Positions 15,659-27,354 of a DNA stretch of 64,000 bases are shown here, one piece after another. The stretch comes from Octopus sinensis (lineage: Eukaryota): the NCBI RefSeq assembly GCF_006345805.1, contig NC_042999.1, positions 134,850,001 to 134,914,000 on the forward strand. The letters run 5' to 3'. The translations under genes were made by a program, and so were the position numbers. The first letter of the stretch is position 1, and each line of letters begins with the position of its first letter. The notes beneath the pieces were generated by a model. It was not told where the DNA came from and searched no databases. It was given only the letters and a program-made list of their open reading frames with translations.

Positions 15659-18469
15659 CCAAGAACAATCAGCCATCCCCTGTATATCATCATCTGAAAT
15701 CCAGATATAAACTGCTGTCCTTGAATGCCCGTAGTTTATGCAACAAGGTGCATCTTTTTGTCTCCTACGTCAAAAGTATCAACCCAGATTTCATCACAGT
15801 CACGGAAACGTGGGCACACTCTGCACTCTGTGATGGAGTTTTCAGCATAGCCGGCTACAACCTGTTCCGCAAAGACCGCATTAATCGCCGTGGAGGGGGT
15901 GTGATGATTTATGTTCGATCAAGTCTATCGGCAATCCCCTGTGATGATTTGAACCAATCTCAGCAGGAGGTATTTTTCTGCAATGTACACATGACCATGT
16001 CAACACTTCTGCTCGGAGTCGTTTACCGTCCTCCAAATTATCGCCAAGATGCACAGCTTTTTGATATCCTCAGGGCGGCTGCCATGAAAACATCCACATA
16101 TGTTGCGGGGGACTTCAATTTCCCTGAGATTGACTGGGAGGCCTTCCGTTGGCCGCAAAGTGCAGACGATTTCCTTGAACTGGTGCTGAATTCGAATTGG
16201 TCCCAAGTTGTTACCTCCCCCACAAGGGGTAACAACACTTTGGATCTGCTACTTACCGCTTCTCCTGAAACAATCATTAGTGTCGCTACCGAAGAACCTT
16301 TGGGTGACTCTGATCATTCCATGATCATGGCCGACTTGTCTCTGATTGGTTGTAACAAAAAACACAACCATCTTCAGACTGCCCGCTTTGACTGGAATAA
16401 AGCAAACTGGAGCTCTTATTGTACTGAGCTGCAACGCCCAAACTGGCGCGAATTTTATGCCTCTGGAGATGTGGACACTATACTCCAGAACATTCTGAAT
16501 TCAATATGGGCAGCATGTGCAGCATCAGTACTACGCAAGCACAAAAAACCACCCAATAGTGCAATTTGGGAGACTGCAGCAGTCCGACTTGCCAGGAAAG
16601 AACGCCGTAATGCTGAACGGGAATACAAGTTGCACAAATCAGAGAGCAACAGGAAAAAGCGCAATAGGTCAGCCAACCACCTCAAGCAGGTGACAAAAAA
16701 GGCAGTGCTTGAATTTGAACAACGCATTGCAGCTAACCCTGACAGCAAAGGGTTCTGGAAGTATGTGCACTCAAAGCAGAGACCCCCACTCTCCTGTTGG
16801 TCCCCTTCGCAATCCCCACACAGGACAGATTACTGGCAATCCCGAAGAATGTGCAGAAATCATTGCTGGATGCTATGCCGGCATCTTTACTGTCGAAGAC
16901 CAAAATGTTCCATCATCATCACCACTGACATCGGACTCTATATCTTCTATGCAATTTACACCAACAATGCTGCAACGCCACCTAAAGAATAAACGCAATT
17001 ATGCCTCTCCTGGTCTCGATGGTGTTACAGACCTACTTCTCAAACGCGGTGGGTACTTTCTTCTAGGCCAACTTTCTCTATTCTTCCAATTCTGTCTTGA
17101 CAGTGGTGTTACTCCAGAACAGTGGAAAACTGCCAGTGTCATCCCTCTGTTCAAAAAAGGCGACCGCACATCGCCAGTCAACTATCGCCCCGTCAGTCTT
17201 ACTAGCTGCATCGCCAAACTGATGGAATCCTGTATCAGAGAAACCCTCTGGAACTTCTGGAAGTCTCACAGCCTCATCCAGCCGTCACAATTCGGATTTA
17301 TTCCTAACTCCAGCTGCTGTAATCAACTCATCGAGTTTCTTGAGGACGTTACCCAAATCACTGATCGCGGATCCTGGGTGGATGTTGTTTACCTGGACTT
17401 TGCTAAGGCTTTTAACTCTGTGCCACACAAAAGACTTATGGTGAAGCTTTCTGCGATGGGTGTAAGAGACGAAGTCTATAACTGGTTAAAGTCCTTTATT
17501 TTCGGCCGAAAAGAGGTTGTCACAGTTCTAGGACAGCACTCTTCGCCCTATGAGATGACATCTGGTGTGCCGCAGGGATCTGTTCTTGGCCCCCTTTTAT
17601 TTGTTGCATATGTTAATGACATAGATGCCAACTTAAAGAATTCCACAGTGCTGAAATATGCAGATGACATCAAGCTGTACCTCGAAATAAAGAGGTCAAA
17701 TCCTGTACACTATGGATCTCTATTGCAAGCAGACATGGACACAATGCAGCAGTGGATCATGGACTGGCAACTCAAGATGGCTGTGGACAAATGTACCACC
17801 ATGCATTTTGGGAGGAGAAACCCAGCGTCCACCTACTCCCTCCACAACACTAGTCTCAAAAAGTCTTCAAGTGAACGTGACCTGGGTGTTATTGTCGACA
17901 GTGATTTGCGTTGGACAAAACACATCGCTAAAATTGTCAAGAAGGCTGAGGGTGTCTTGGCATCACTCATCAAATCCTTTATGAGCCGCTCTCCGGCTAT
18001 CTATCTGCGGCTTTATATAGCTATGGTAAGACCTCACCTGGAATTTGCGTCACCGGTCTGGAACCCCTATCTTGTCCAGGACATCAATCGTCTGGAAGCT
18101 GTTCAGCGACGTACAACCAAAAGAATACCCTCCATCAGGCATTTGCCATATCCTGAACGCCTTACTTCCCTGAGCATGGACACATTGAAACTCCGACGTC
18201 TGGCAGCTGACTTGGCAGACACCCATAAAATTATCAACCATCGCACAAACAATAACTCTGAGCACCTCTTCAAACTCCACCCATCTAACACCCGTGGACA
18301 TATTTACAAAGTAAGAAAACAGCACAGCTCCCATGACTTCAGGAAACATTTTTTCACGCTGAGAGTTGCTGAAGCGTGGAACAAACTGCCGGCATCGGTT
18401 GTTAGTTGTCGGAGCACTGCATCCTTCAAAACTTCCATGCTTCCTGAGATTCGCCAACACTACACTTGA
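15649..18469 (+). CDS. CR1 LINE ORF2 (APE endonuclease + reverse transcriptase), no upstream ATG, one +1 frameshift at the C5 run 16783-16787
   Basis: Frame open from 15607 and first ATG only at 15904, inside the APE domain. Removing one C from 16783-16787 joins the 423-aa and 586-aa ORFs (KQRP-HSPVGPL). Confidence 0.9.
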
Positions 18470-18877
18470 TTTTCTCCCCTCCATACACACACAAGCATGT
18501 TCACTTTCCAGACATTTATACATTACTGCATGTACTTTATATGCACTTTCTGACAAGTTGTGGTGCACCTGAGCACTGTATACAATAATTTCATTATTAT
18601 TATTATTATTATTATTACAACTGAATTCCCGCCTTCATACATTTTTTTGTTTGTTTTTGTTTTCTTATTTCTCACTCTGGTCCTGTTAAATTGGTTATCG
18701 TAATTGTTTCTCCTAAAGTCTTTATCTCATATTTTCACACGTTTCCATTGTTGCAGTATTGTCACGATCTCTTTCATCTACCCTTAAGTTATACCCATAA
18801 ATTACCTTATTTCTTTTCCTTTTCATTTCATTTCAACCCTCATTAAACTAACGATCCGTCATCATCCACATTCTAAA

Positions 18878-19196
18878 GACTCCGCCGGTTACGACGACGA
18901 GGGTCCCAGCTGATACGATCAACGGAACAGCTTGCTCGTGAAATTAACGTGCAAATGGCTGAGCATTCCACAGACACGTGTACCCTTAACATAGTTCTCG
19001 GGGATAATCAGCGTGACACAGAGAGTGACAAGGCTGACCCTTTGAAATACAAGTACAACTCATTTTTGCCAGCTGAGTGGACTGGAGCAACGTGAAATAA
19101 AGTGTCTTGCTCAAGGACACAACGCGTCGCCGGGAATCGAACTCACAACCTTACGATCATGAGCCGAATGCCCTAACCACTAAGCCACGCGCCCTC
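18878..19196 (-). mobile_element. tRNA-derived SINE, family 3, apparently full length
   Basis: Reverse strand A-box TGGCTTAGTGG, B-box GAGTTCGATTC, core TGTCCTTGAGCAAGACACTT. A degraded copy lies at ~54225-54350. Confidence 0.85.
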
Positions 19197-19539
19197 ACAT
19201 CATCCACATACGTACCGCTACGTAACATTTCTTTCATCATACCTCAAATGCATTTTATAATAGCAGTGGAGGCACTCTTTTTCTCATAACTTGATAGTTT
19301 GGTTACATCCTAAACTTATATCCGATACTTAGGATTTTATATCACTATAGCCCATTATACTCGCCTCCAACCAATCCTTCGTTTTCTCCATTTCCACCAT
19401 TCAAGTATTTATAGTGCTAATTCTCAAATTTTAGATACAGGAATTTCAATTAACTAACTTACTAATTAACTAACGGATTAGCTGTTTGTTTACTTAATAC
19501 TTCAGCATTTTGATATTTCATTTTGCTTTATTTTATTTA

Positions 19540-20795
19540 TTAGCCCAATAGGGAGAGGAAGTCACCTTGAAAGATGTCTCTTTTGATGTTGGTGTTGTTA
19601 GATAGGCTCATCCCATTACTATGGTTCAGATGGAAATGTGTATTCCACTTGACCATGCTACCTTTTAAGAATTTGGAGACTACAGGAGAGATTTTGTATA
19701 TCTCAAAGGCCTTGAGTAGCCAATTATGCGGGCCACTATCAAACGCTTTCCTGTAGTCTATCCACACCACACTCAGGTTCTTCTTGTTGCTCTGTCATTT
19801 CCCTACAATCATTTCCTTTATGAGTAATTGATCTTTGCTTCCATAAGAATTCCTTTTACAACTTTTTCAGCTTCTATCCAATGAGCTTTAGCAAAATATT
19901 CTTTTTTGTTGCTCTTCCATTTCCTCAGTCTTCGGTGGCTCCTTTACTCCTATGCTTTTACCAATTTCCCTGTAATTTTTTTTTTTTTTTTTTTTTTTTT
20001 TGCATTCGTCTTGAATACCTTGTTTTGTCGATAAAATTTGATTCTTTCATCATACTTTCTGAGCCGTTGAGCTTTCAGTCGTTTTCATTGTTTTGCTAGT
20101 TCTTTGGTTGCAGGGACGTTTATAAAATCTTTGATTTTATATTTTTGCTTGATTTTTCAAGCTTGTTTCTTCTCAACATTTACTCCTCTAGCAACTTCAT
20201 CGAGAACCGATACATCCGCCTGCAAAAATTCGATCTCTTTTTGTATTACTACTTTCCATTTAGGAGGTCTATTGATATGGTTGGTCCTGTTCTGTGTCGT
20301 CCTGATACCTAACTGAGAAGTTACAACTTTATCAGTGGAATAGATTAGGTTATTTAAGGTTATCAGGTCATTTCCCTTATTTATTAAGATCTAAGAGCAA
20401 TATTATATATCATGGTTATGTTGTTTGAGAGCTTTGGTAGCGGTTCTCTATTGATCATTTCAGCAAACTCAGTCTTGCTGAGTTCTCTCATATCTTCTTT
20501 TGATTCTCTTTATTATCCACCTCAAATTCTGTATCATAGCTATTCTGGTGTTTTTGAGACAGGTCTGCTTTCTCCTCTTTTTCCGCATATCTGTTCTTCG
20601 CTATTCTTTCTCCAGCTTTCTGGTTGGGATGTTCTGCTCGTCCAATGGGTTACTTAATGTGTTTACATCTATATATCTGCATACTTCGTTGCCTACTAAG
20701 TTTCTCCATAAATTGTATGTTTGTACAACGAGGGAGTCTTGCCGGTTTGGCTGCCAGCATCAATTCTGTTCGAATTGATTTCATATTCAGTGTAA
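19540..20795 (-). mobile_element. R4/Dong-clade non-LTR retrotransposon remnant (N-terminal part and RT fragment)
   Basis: WIDYRKAFDS.PHNWL and RDIFQGDFLS RT motifs of R4 type. Stops upstream. Confidence 0.75.
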
Positions 20796-21356
20796 TGATA
20801 CACTTTTATTGGTTAATGAATGACATGAAAATCATTTTCGCTATAAATCAATACATAAAGAGTTATTAGCAATTAAAGTTTGAAACTTTTGGTAATTTTA
20901 ACCAGTCGTTAGCCACAGAAACAGTCATGCCTGTTTCCATAGTAACAGGCAGAACATTAGAACTCTTTTGTCTGCAAGAAAGCATGTGTTGACAAATACA
21001 TTGAAACCGCCTGTTTTATTTATCTGATTACAACTAAGCATGTAAATTTATGTAGCGCAGGAGATATAAAAATTGTAATTTGTTCGAGAAATTGATTGAA
21101 TGCATTTCTAACTTTATCATTTATACTGCTTGTAAATATTAGCATGTGCACATGTAGGCATGTAAAGGTAACTATTTAATTTACGTACTCACCTATAATC
21201 GCCCACTGTTGGTAGGTTTGTTAAACCACTTGTGTCATGCAGCTCACAACCCGTCGAACAGGCAACAAGACATTTTACTCTGTAATGAATCAAAAATACT
21301 ACAGATATGTTACTAAGTTTGTCTTTTCTCCTAATGTTTTTACTTCTCTATTGCAG

Positions 21357-21550
21357 AATGCTACATCAACCAAAATTGTGCCATTGCCAAAGGATGTGAC
21401 TGTATATCGATGGACAAACAGCCTTGCTTACAAAAGTGTTCCCATTACGCTTTGTGTATATATGGCACTTATACAGTGACTTCTTGTGGCTACGGTAGAA
21501 GGTTTGAGCCGAGTTTAAGAAGATGCATCCCTGGACGTTGTCAATATTAA
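21357..21550 (+). CDS. Isolated terminal exon encoding a 10-Cys peritrophin-A/ChtBD2-like module, paralog of gene A exon 5
   Basis: Pyrimidine tract + TTGCAG acceptor, phase 1. Reads CYINQNCAIAKGCDCISMDKQPCLQKCSHYALCIYGTYTVTSCGYGRRFEPSLRRCIPGRCQY*. Cys spacing is identical to 46432-46631. AATAAA at 21855. Confidence 0.85.
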
Positions 21551-22937
21551 ATGTAAGGCTACTGACAATCTCATTTAGCAATGTTCCCAATGAAACTACA
21601 GAAGTCGAATTTTCCTCTATGATTAATTTTTGCATGGTAATGTTTGGCGCAGGACGTTCCCCAACAGCATTATATGGGTTCATATATAGCTGAATAGACG
21701 GAAGGATGGATGATGGTGTAGAAGACGGGATTCAGTTTGTAGCTTTCAACAGAAGCCCATTGAAGAGGTTTCTGATTTGGTTAACATTTTCCAATTATTT
21801 ATTTATCACAATAACCTTTTTTTATGAAAAATCCTATTTTTTTTAAAAAATCACAATAAATTCATAAAATTTCTTTTGAATCTTTTATTTTCTTACACGG
21901 AAGTTACGAAAATGGTGAAAGCTATTTATAATTAAGGTGAGGGTAATCTATATAATTTTTTTTAAATTCTAATTACCTTATAGTATACATCGCCCATTTC
22001 GGAAATTACTAAGCTGATCAGGATTAAAGGGACAAAATATTTAGTTGTTATAAACATATGATCGATGTATCATGATCTGTCCATTTCATTGATAAAGTTC
22101 GATATTTGTATGCAATGAAGACAATAACCTAAAAGCATTAAAGGATTAAATGTATTGAAGAATTTTTGTGCCTTAATATCAAAGTTCCAAACGCGCTAGA
22201 ATTGATAACCATTTTTTTCTCTCTATTTTCGAAGATGGTAAAATATGAGTCAATAATATTTGTACTTAATGAAAACATTTCGACATAGTAAAGCAGCATC
22301 GATACGAATAGGAGGGAGAGAAAGCTAAATACAGTCAGTTGAGTAAAAAGATGATGATGTAAGAAAATGAGGTGCTGGAGTTAATTGATACTGAAGTAAA
22401 TTAACAAAAAGTTACATATATTTTGAGAGGGATATAGTCGATTGAGTCGTAACTGATAAATGATTTTACAACAAATCCTTTAGCTCGGCTTTCTACAATT
22501 TCTGCTTTCAACGCTGAGCCCAAATTCTCCCATGGAAATGTAGAATGTATCCATTTTAGTTTATTATCCTTTGAAACATCATATGTCAAGGTTGAAAATT
22601 TCATATTCTGCTACTAACTCATCTTCATATTCTGCCTATAACAAAGGGAAGAGGTTTGTTTTTAACCAATCAAATCTAAAGACAATGTTATAAAAAAAAA
22701 ATTTAATAAAAAAAAGAGAATTAGCAAATTTTCTTACTTGCAACTTGTCACGGAAGGCTCAGAAGTTCTCATCAAAATATTGCTATAGTGCTAATAATAG
22801 AGTACATGAATATTCTAGTATATTATAATACGATGGTTATATATTAATATACAAGCATATGAGTGTCGTCAAAAATGCCGTCAGTCAACACAATGGCGAA
22901 ACGATTGACGAATGTCAACAATATAGTAAATATATGT

Positions 22938-23700
22938 ACATCTTACTATAATGGACGTTATGTCCGTCTGTCTGTCTGTTCCCTCTTCACGGTCAAACGG
23001 CTGGACCAATGGTAAAGATGTTTTTCGGGATTTCGAAGGAGATAATCAGAAAAAAGTTTTAGCGAAAAAACGTGAAAAAGTATGATTATTTAGTGGATAT
23101 TGAGTTTTGCCTTAATAGATCACCATTTTTCGGGATTACAAAGACGGTCGCCAGGAAGGTTTTTAGTATTAAAAAATCAGAAAGTATGATTGTTTCGTGA
23201 ATATCGATTTTTTAATTGATAAACCACCTTCGCATTTTTATTAAAAATTCATACAGTGTGAGATTATTTAGTGGTTATTGAAGTGTGTCAGTCTGGAGCA
23301 GGATTCGAAACGGCTGTTGTTTACATCTCAGTTTTGTCAATCAAAATAACCCATGGTATCGGAACATCCAGACACTATTCGCATAGAACAGTGGGAGGTA
23401 AGTCTTAGTTTGATTTTTTGCAACCGTAAAGATTCAGCAAACAGGGTACAGAGCTAGACTTTTGATCGCGTAGGTGTATTTTTACCCACTCCGATGTTTA
23501 CACACGACCAGTTATACGTCGCTATGAGTAGACCAACGGACTCCAGTAATTTGAAAATTAGTTGTCGACCAAACAGAAAATATCGTCTACAGAGAGGTTT
23601 TGTAATCATATTGGTATTATCGGAAGGAATAAGATTCATAATTTAAATAAGGAAATTTGTGAACTTCGAATGTATACAAGAGTAAAATAGTGTAAACAAC
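22938..23700 (+). mobile_element. Helitron remnant with PIF1-type helicase C-terminal fragment (~23415-23605)
   Basis: TFDRVGVFLPTPMFTHDQLYVAMSR and TENIVYREVL* match the Helitron helicase motif VI region. 5' end has TC and CTGTCTGTCTG. Confidence 0.75.
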
Positions 23701-24198
23701 TAAAATAAAATTATAGCTAAATAACAATTTTTTCTTAATACTTTTTATGTAGAGGTCAAAGAAAGCTCTGGCTTTCGTTAGGAATGGTCCACATAACCAT
23801 TCATGATACAGAGGCTGGGAGCCTATTTCAGTTCGTGAGTGAATCGTCATCACATGCCATTTAGGCGCGAACATGTCATATAGCTGCAATAGAATGTTGT
23901 ATCACCAACAATAATATGATTTCTCTTAGACATCACCCAGTAATCTATTTACACATTTCTCAAGATATACTGCCGTTATGACTTCCCTCCACCATTTTAT
24001 GCCTCCCTCGTAGATGGGTAGTTTGCTAGTACACAGAATTGAAGCACTTGAAGAATCGGATATGGTTGTAACGTCTCGGTTGAAAATATCGGACACGGAC
24101 ACATACAGATACACACAAATACATATATGTACATATATAATATATAGGCATACATACGTACATACACACATGCATAAACACACATGAATGTATGTATG

Positions 24199-24262
<64 letters not shown>

Positions 24263-24264
24263 CA

Positions 24265-25440
24265 TACGAGGGGCGTTCAATAAGTAATGCCCCTGACCCA
24301 CTTCCCATATCAGTAGAGCAACGAAACTTGGCACAGTTATTAGTCTTTTTCTACATAGAAACCACCCAGAGTTACGCATTTCTCCCATCGTTTGATGCAG
24401 CTCTGGAAACCGTTTTTGTAGAAGACCCCAGCTTGGTCCTCCAACCACGACGTGACTTCAGAAATCAAGGCTGCATCATCTGGGAAACGCTTTCCTTTCA
24501 AAAACAACTTCATGGCTGGGAAGAGGTGAAAATCAGTGGCTGCAAAGGTTGGGAGAGTAGGGGGGTGGGGGAGGAGGTCATAGCCGCACGCCTGTGCTTC
24601 TGATCTGGCAACACGCGAGTTGTGGACCGGAGCGTTGTCCTGCAGGAGGAGGATGCCTTTGCTGATCTTGCCCCGCCTCTTGATTTTGATAGCTTCTCTT
24701 AATTTCCCCAAAAGTGAAGCATAATAGGCTCCTGTAATTGTGGTACCCTTTGCCAGGAAATCTGTCATCACTACTCCGTCCTGGTCCCTGAAGACTGTGA
24801 GCATGACCTTGCCCGGAGGGCTGCACCCTTGCCTTCGTTGGAGGAGGTGAGTCACGGTGCTTCCAATGCATTGACTGGGCTTTGGTCTCTGGATTATAGT
24901 GATGGACCCAGGTTTCATCCTGTGTAATCAGTCTTTTGAAAAATTTTGACACATCTTCTTGGCACATCTCCAAATTCATCCTCGAGCACTCGACGCGTTC
25001 TTGCTTCTGGAAAGGTGTGAGCAACCTGGGAATCCATCTGGCAAACACCTTTTGCATATGCAAATGGTCATGAATGATAGTTTCCACAGACCCGGTACTA
25101 ATCTTGACCTCATGGGCTATTTGGCGAATAATTATGCGTCGATCTTCCAAAACGGCAGCCTCCACTTGACGGACAGATGCCTCATCAATGGCAGAAGGGG
25201 GGCGACCAGATCTGGGAGCTGTTTCCACAGAGTTCCGACCATGTTTGAATTCACGATGCCAACGTTTTACAAGGTCATATGATGGGGCATCATCACCATA
25301 AGTTACTTTCATTTCATCAAAAGTCTCCCGTGCTGTGCGTCCTTTCAAATACAAAAACTGGATCACTGCTCGACACTCAACAGGCTCCGTTTCACACTTG
25401 ACTCATTCACCATGATAGATCGCTAGCTACTACACATTCT
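24265..25440 (-). mobile_element. Mariner transposon (D,D34D), frameshifted, one TIR retained
   Basis: TA-CGAGGGGCGTTCAATAAG TIR. Motifs WIPRLLT, ITQDETW, LQDNAPVH and HPP..TDFHLF. Frameshift near 24815. Confidence 0.92.
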
Positions 25441-25600
25441 TTATTGTCTCTCCTTGCTTCTTTCTGTGTTCCTTTCTGCGGAAGAGCGTAGTCTCGAAAA
25501 GTTAAAGACTTTTTCACTTCCCGAGAGTTAAACTAATACATCTGTTGGTTGTCTACACCACCTGTCTTCGTCTTTTGCTTTTTTGTGAATTCTCCCTATA
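25441..25600 (+). mobile_element. Penelope-like terminal fragment with degenerate hammerhead motif (25472-25507)
   Basis: CTTT-CTGCGGA-A-GAGCGTAGTCTC-GAAAAGTT-AAAG. Stems I and II pair, core is mutated. Confidence 0.45.
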
Positions 25601-25812
25601 TATGTGTGTGTGTGTGAGGGAGAGAGAGAAAGTGTGTGTGTATGTGGGGGGGCGTGTGTATGTATATATATGTATGTATGTATGTGTGTATGAGTATGCA
25701 TGTATGTATGTATATGACAAGCTTCTTTCAGTTTCTGTTAACCAAATCCACTCAAAAGTCTTTGGTTTGGGGCTATGTCCATGGTGCTGTGCAGTAGGAC
25801 TGAGATCCAATG

Positions 25813-26200
25813 TATATAGGGTGGTGATCATAAAAACAATTGCAAAATATATTAATTTCAAATAATTGAAAAATCAGAATATTGAGAGATTGGAAAACAG
25901 AAAGTTCAGAATAACATATCCTTAAAAGAACAAAAATTCAGCAGAAAAATAAGAAAACGCGTTCATGTTGAACATGCGGTGGTATGTTTATAAACCTAGT
26001 AACATAGCAATGTTTTACTTTCTCTCAAAGTTCTCGTCTCATACATAACAGACTGGCTCAACTGTAAATGGCATTTATTTCACGAAAGTCTTGTGCATAA
26101 ATACAGTTTTATGCGACTGCGTGAAATTCGGTTGACAGTAATATACACCCAAATAAATGAAATCATGCTTCCAGTGATTTATGACGTGATTGGACGGAAT
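25813..26200 (+). mobile_element. Non-autonomous DNA-element family, with inverted copies at ~32150-32415 and ~34880-34985
   Basis: CCTTAAAAGAACAAAAATTCA..TTTATAAACCTAGTAACATAGCAATG..TCTCAAAGTTCTCGTCTCATACATAAC is shared in opposite orientation. Confidence 0.6.
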
Positions 26201-26707
26201 ATGTTGTTCCATTCATTTACATATTTTAGATGGATGAAATCAGTAAAATATGTTATCCTTCACATTGAAAAGGAAATAAGGGCTTGTATCAGAAAGGGCA
26301 AACATGAAATATTGGAGAAAAAAGAAAGAATATATATATATATAATACAAATATGGGACAAGAACACAAAACATCCAGACAGACGATACAAAGAAAACAA
26401 GGAGAAGTCATTTATATTATTTTTTATTTTATTTTATCTAGTTTCAGTTCACAAGCTGTGGCCATGCTGGGGCACCGCCATTTGGTGTTGCTACATGATT
26501 TTACTTCACGAATGCTTTTTAGCAATTGCCATTTGGTGCATGAGAGAGTTCGATGCAGCTGCCTTCATCTGCACCTCTTGCCGTGAAGTTGGTTCATATA
26601 TATATATAGTTAATCCAAACACGAAAACAAAAAAGAGAAAACACAACGCGAGGACGTGGAACAAGTATAGCATTATTGGACGCTCAGGAAAGAAGGAAAG
26701 AAGGAGG

Positions 26708-26742
26708 GTTTAACGTTTCGAGCGGAGCTCTTCGTCAGAAAC
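26708..26742 (-). ncRNA. Minimal type-I hammerhead ribozyme motif in a Penelope-like terminal repeat
   Basis: Reverse strand GTTT-CTGACGA-A-GAGC-TCC-GCTC-GAA-ACGT-T-AAAC. 4-bp stem I, 4-bp stem II and a palindromic ACGT stem III. Confidence 0.65.
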
Positions 26743-27180
26743 ATAGGAAAAGGAAAGATCATATATATAGTAGAAATATAAAAATATAAAAGGAGCAAAA
26801 ATACTGGAGATTCAGTATACTCCACGTGGCAAAATTATGAGTTAAAAATACGCGGAAAACATATATAAAAAGTGGTTGGAAATAACACAGAAGTAAATCT
26901 AAGACATTTCAATTCAATAAAGAATTTAATAAAATGATTTGAAAAATTATACAAAGAAAATACTACCGGTTTCGATGATGAATCTCATCTTATCACATAT
27001 CAGTAGAGGTCTATAAAAATTTAAAGTAAAAACAGTTTATCTCCTGTTTGGTATAGAGTTCAAAGTGTAAGAGATGAGTGTAGCTGTCATTTGTCTAAAA
27101 GAAATCTTTGTGTTCCTGCCAAAGGAGTGGCTTAAAAGCATTTATTGAATGGGTTTTATGTCCACCTGTGTGCGTGGGTG

Positions 27181-27229
<49 letters not shown>

Positions 27230-27354
27230 GATGGGTGTCTATGTTCTGATGAATGTCTTGAAGAAAGAATTAGAACTTTCTTTTGGGTTGGATGTATTGT
27301 TTTGAGTGTCTCCACCTTTTGTATGTGTGTGGTTTGCAGCTGTTTCTTTTTCAA

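Larger units (their letters stand above)
14728..18617 (+). mobile_element. Near full-length CR1-clade non-LTR retrotransposon (5' UTR, ORF1, APE-RT ORF2, (ATT)n tail)
   Basis: ORF1 plus ORF2 with APE motifs (LNARSL, TETW, YRPP, GDFN, TLDL, SDH) and RT motifs (YRPVSLTS, DFAKAFNSV, GVPQGSVLGP, YADD). The CR1-type C-terminus reads RPHLEFASPVWNP and EAWNKLP. (ATT)n tail at ~18594-18617. Confidence 0.95.

Noticed and set aside
18878-19196. tRNA genes suggested by A/B boxes here and at 51968 and 63822
   Set aside because: No complete cloverleaf, and each continues into a multicopy SINE core and tail.
21357-21550. Idea that gene A itself uses this exon
   Set aside because: It lies upstream of gene A, and joining A exon 4 (ending T) to it (starting AA) would create a TAA stop.
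22401-22604. Protein-like 67-aa minus-strand ORF (MKFSTLTYDV...) ending near a GTAACT
   Set aside because: In-frame stops lie directly upstream, there is no compatible acceptor or partner exon, and I recognise no motif. It cannot be supported without a search.
26960-27015. Possible hammerhead on the minus strand (CATC-GAAACCGGTA)
   Set aside because: The CUGANGA core is disrupted and stem I cannot be formed convincingly.
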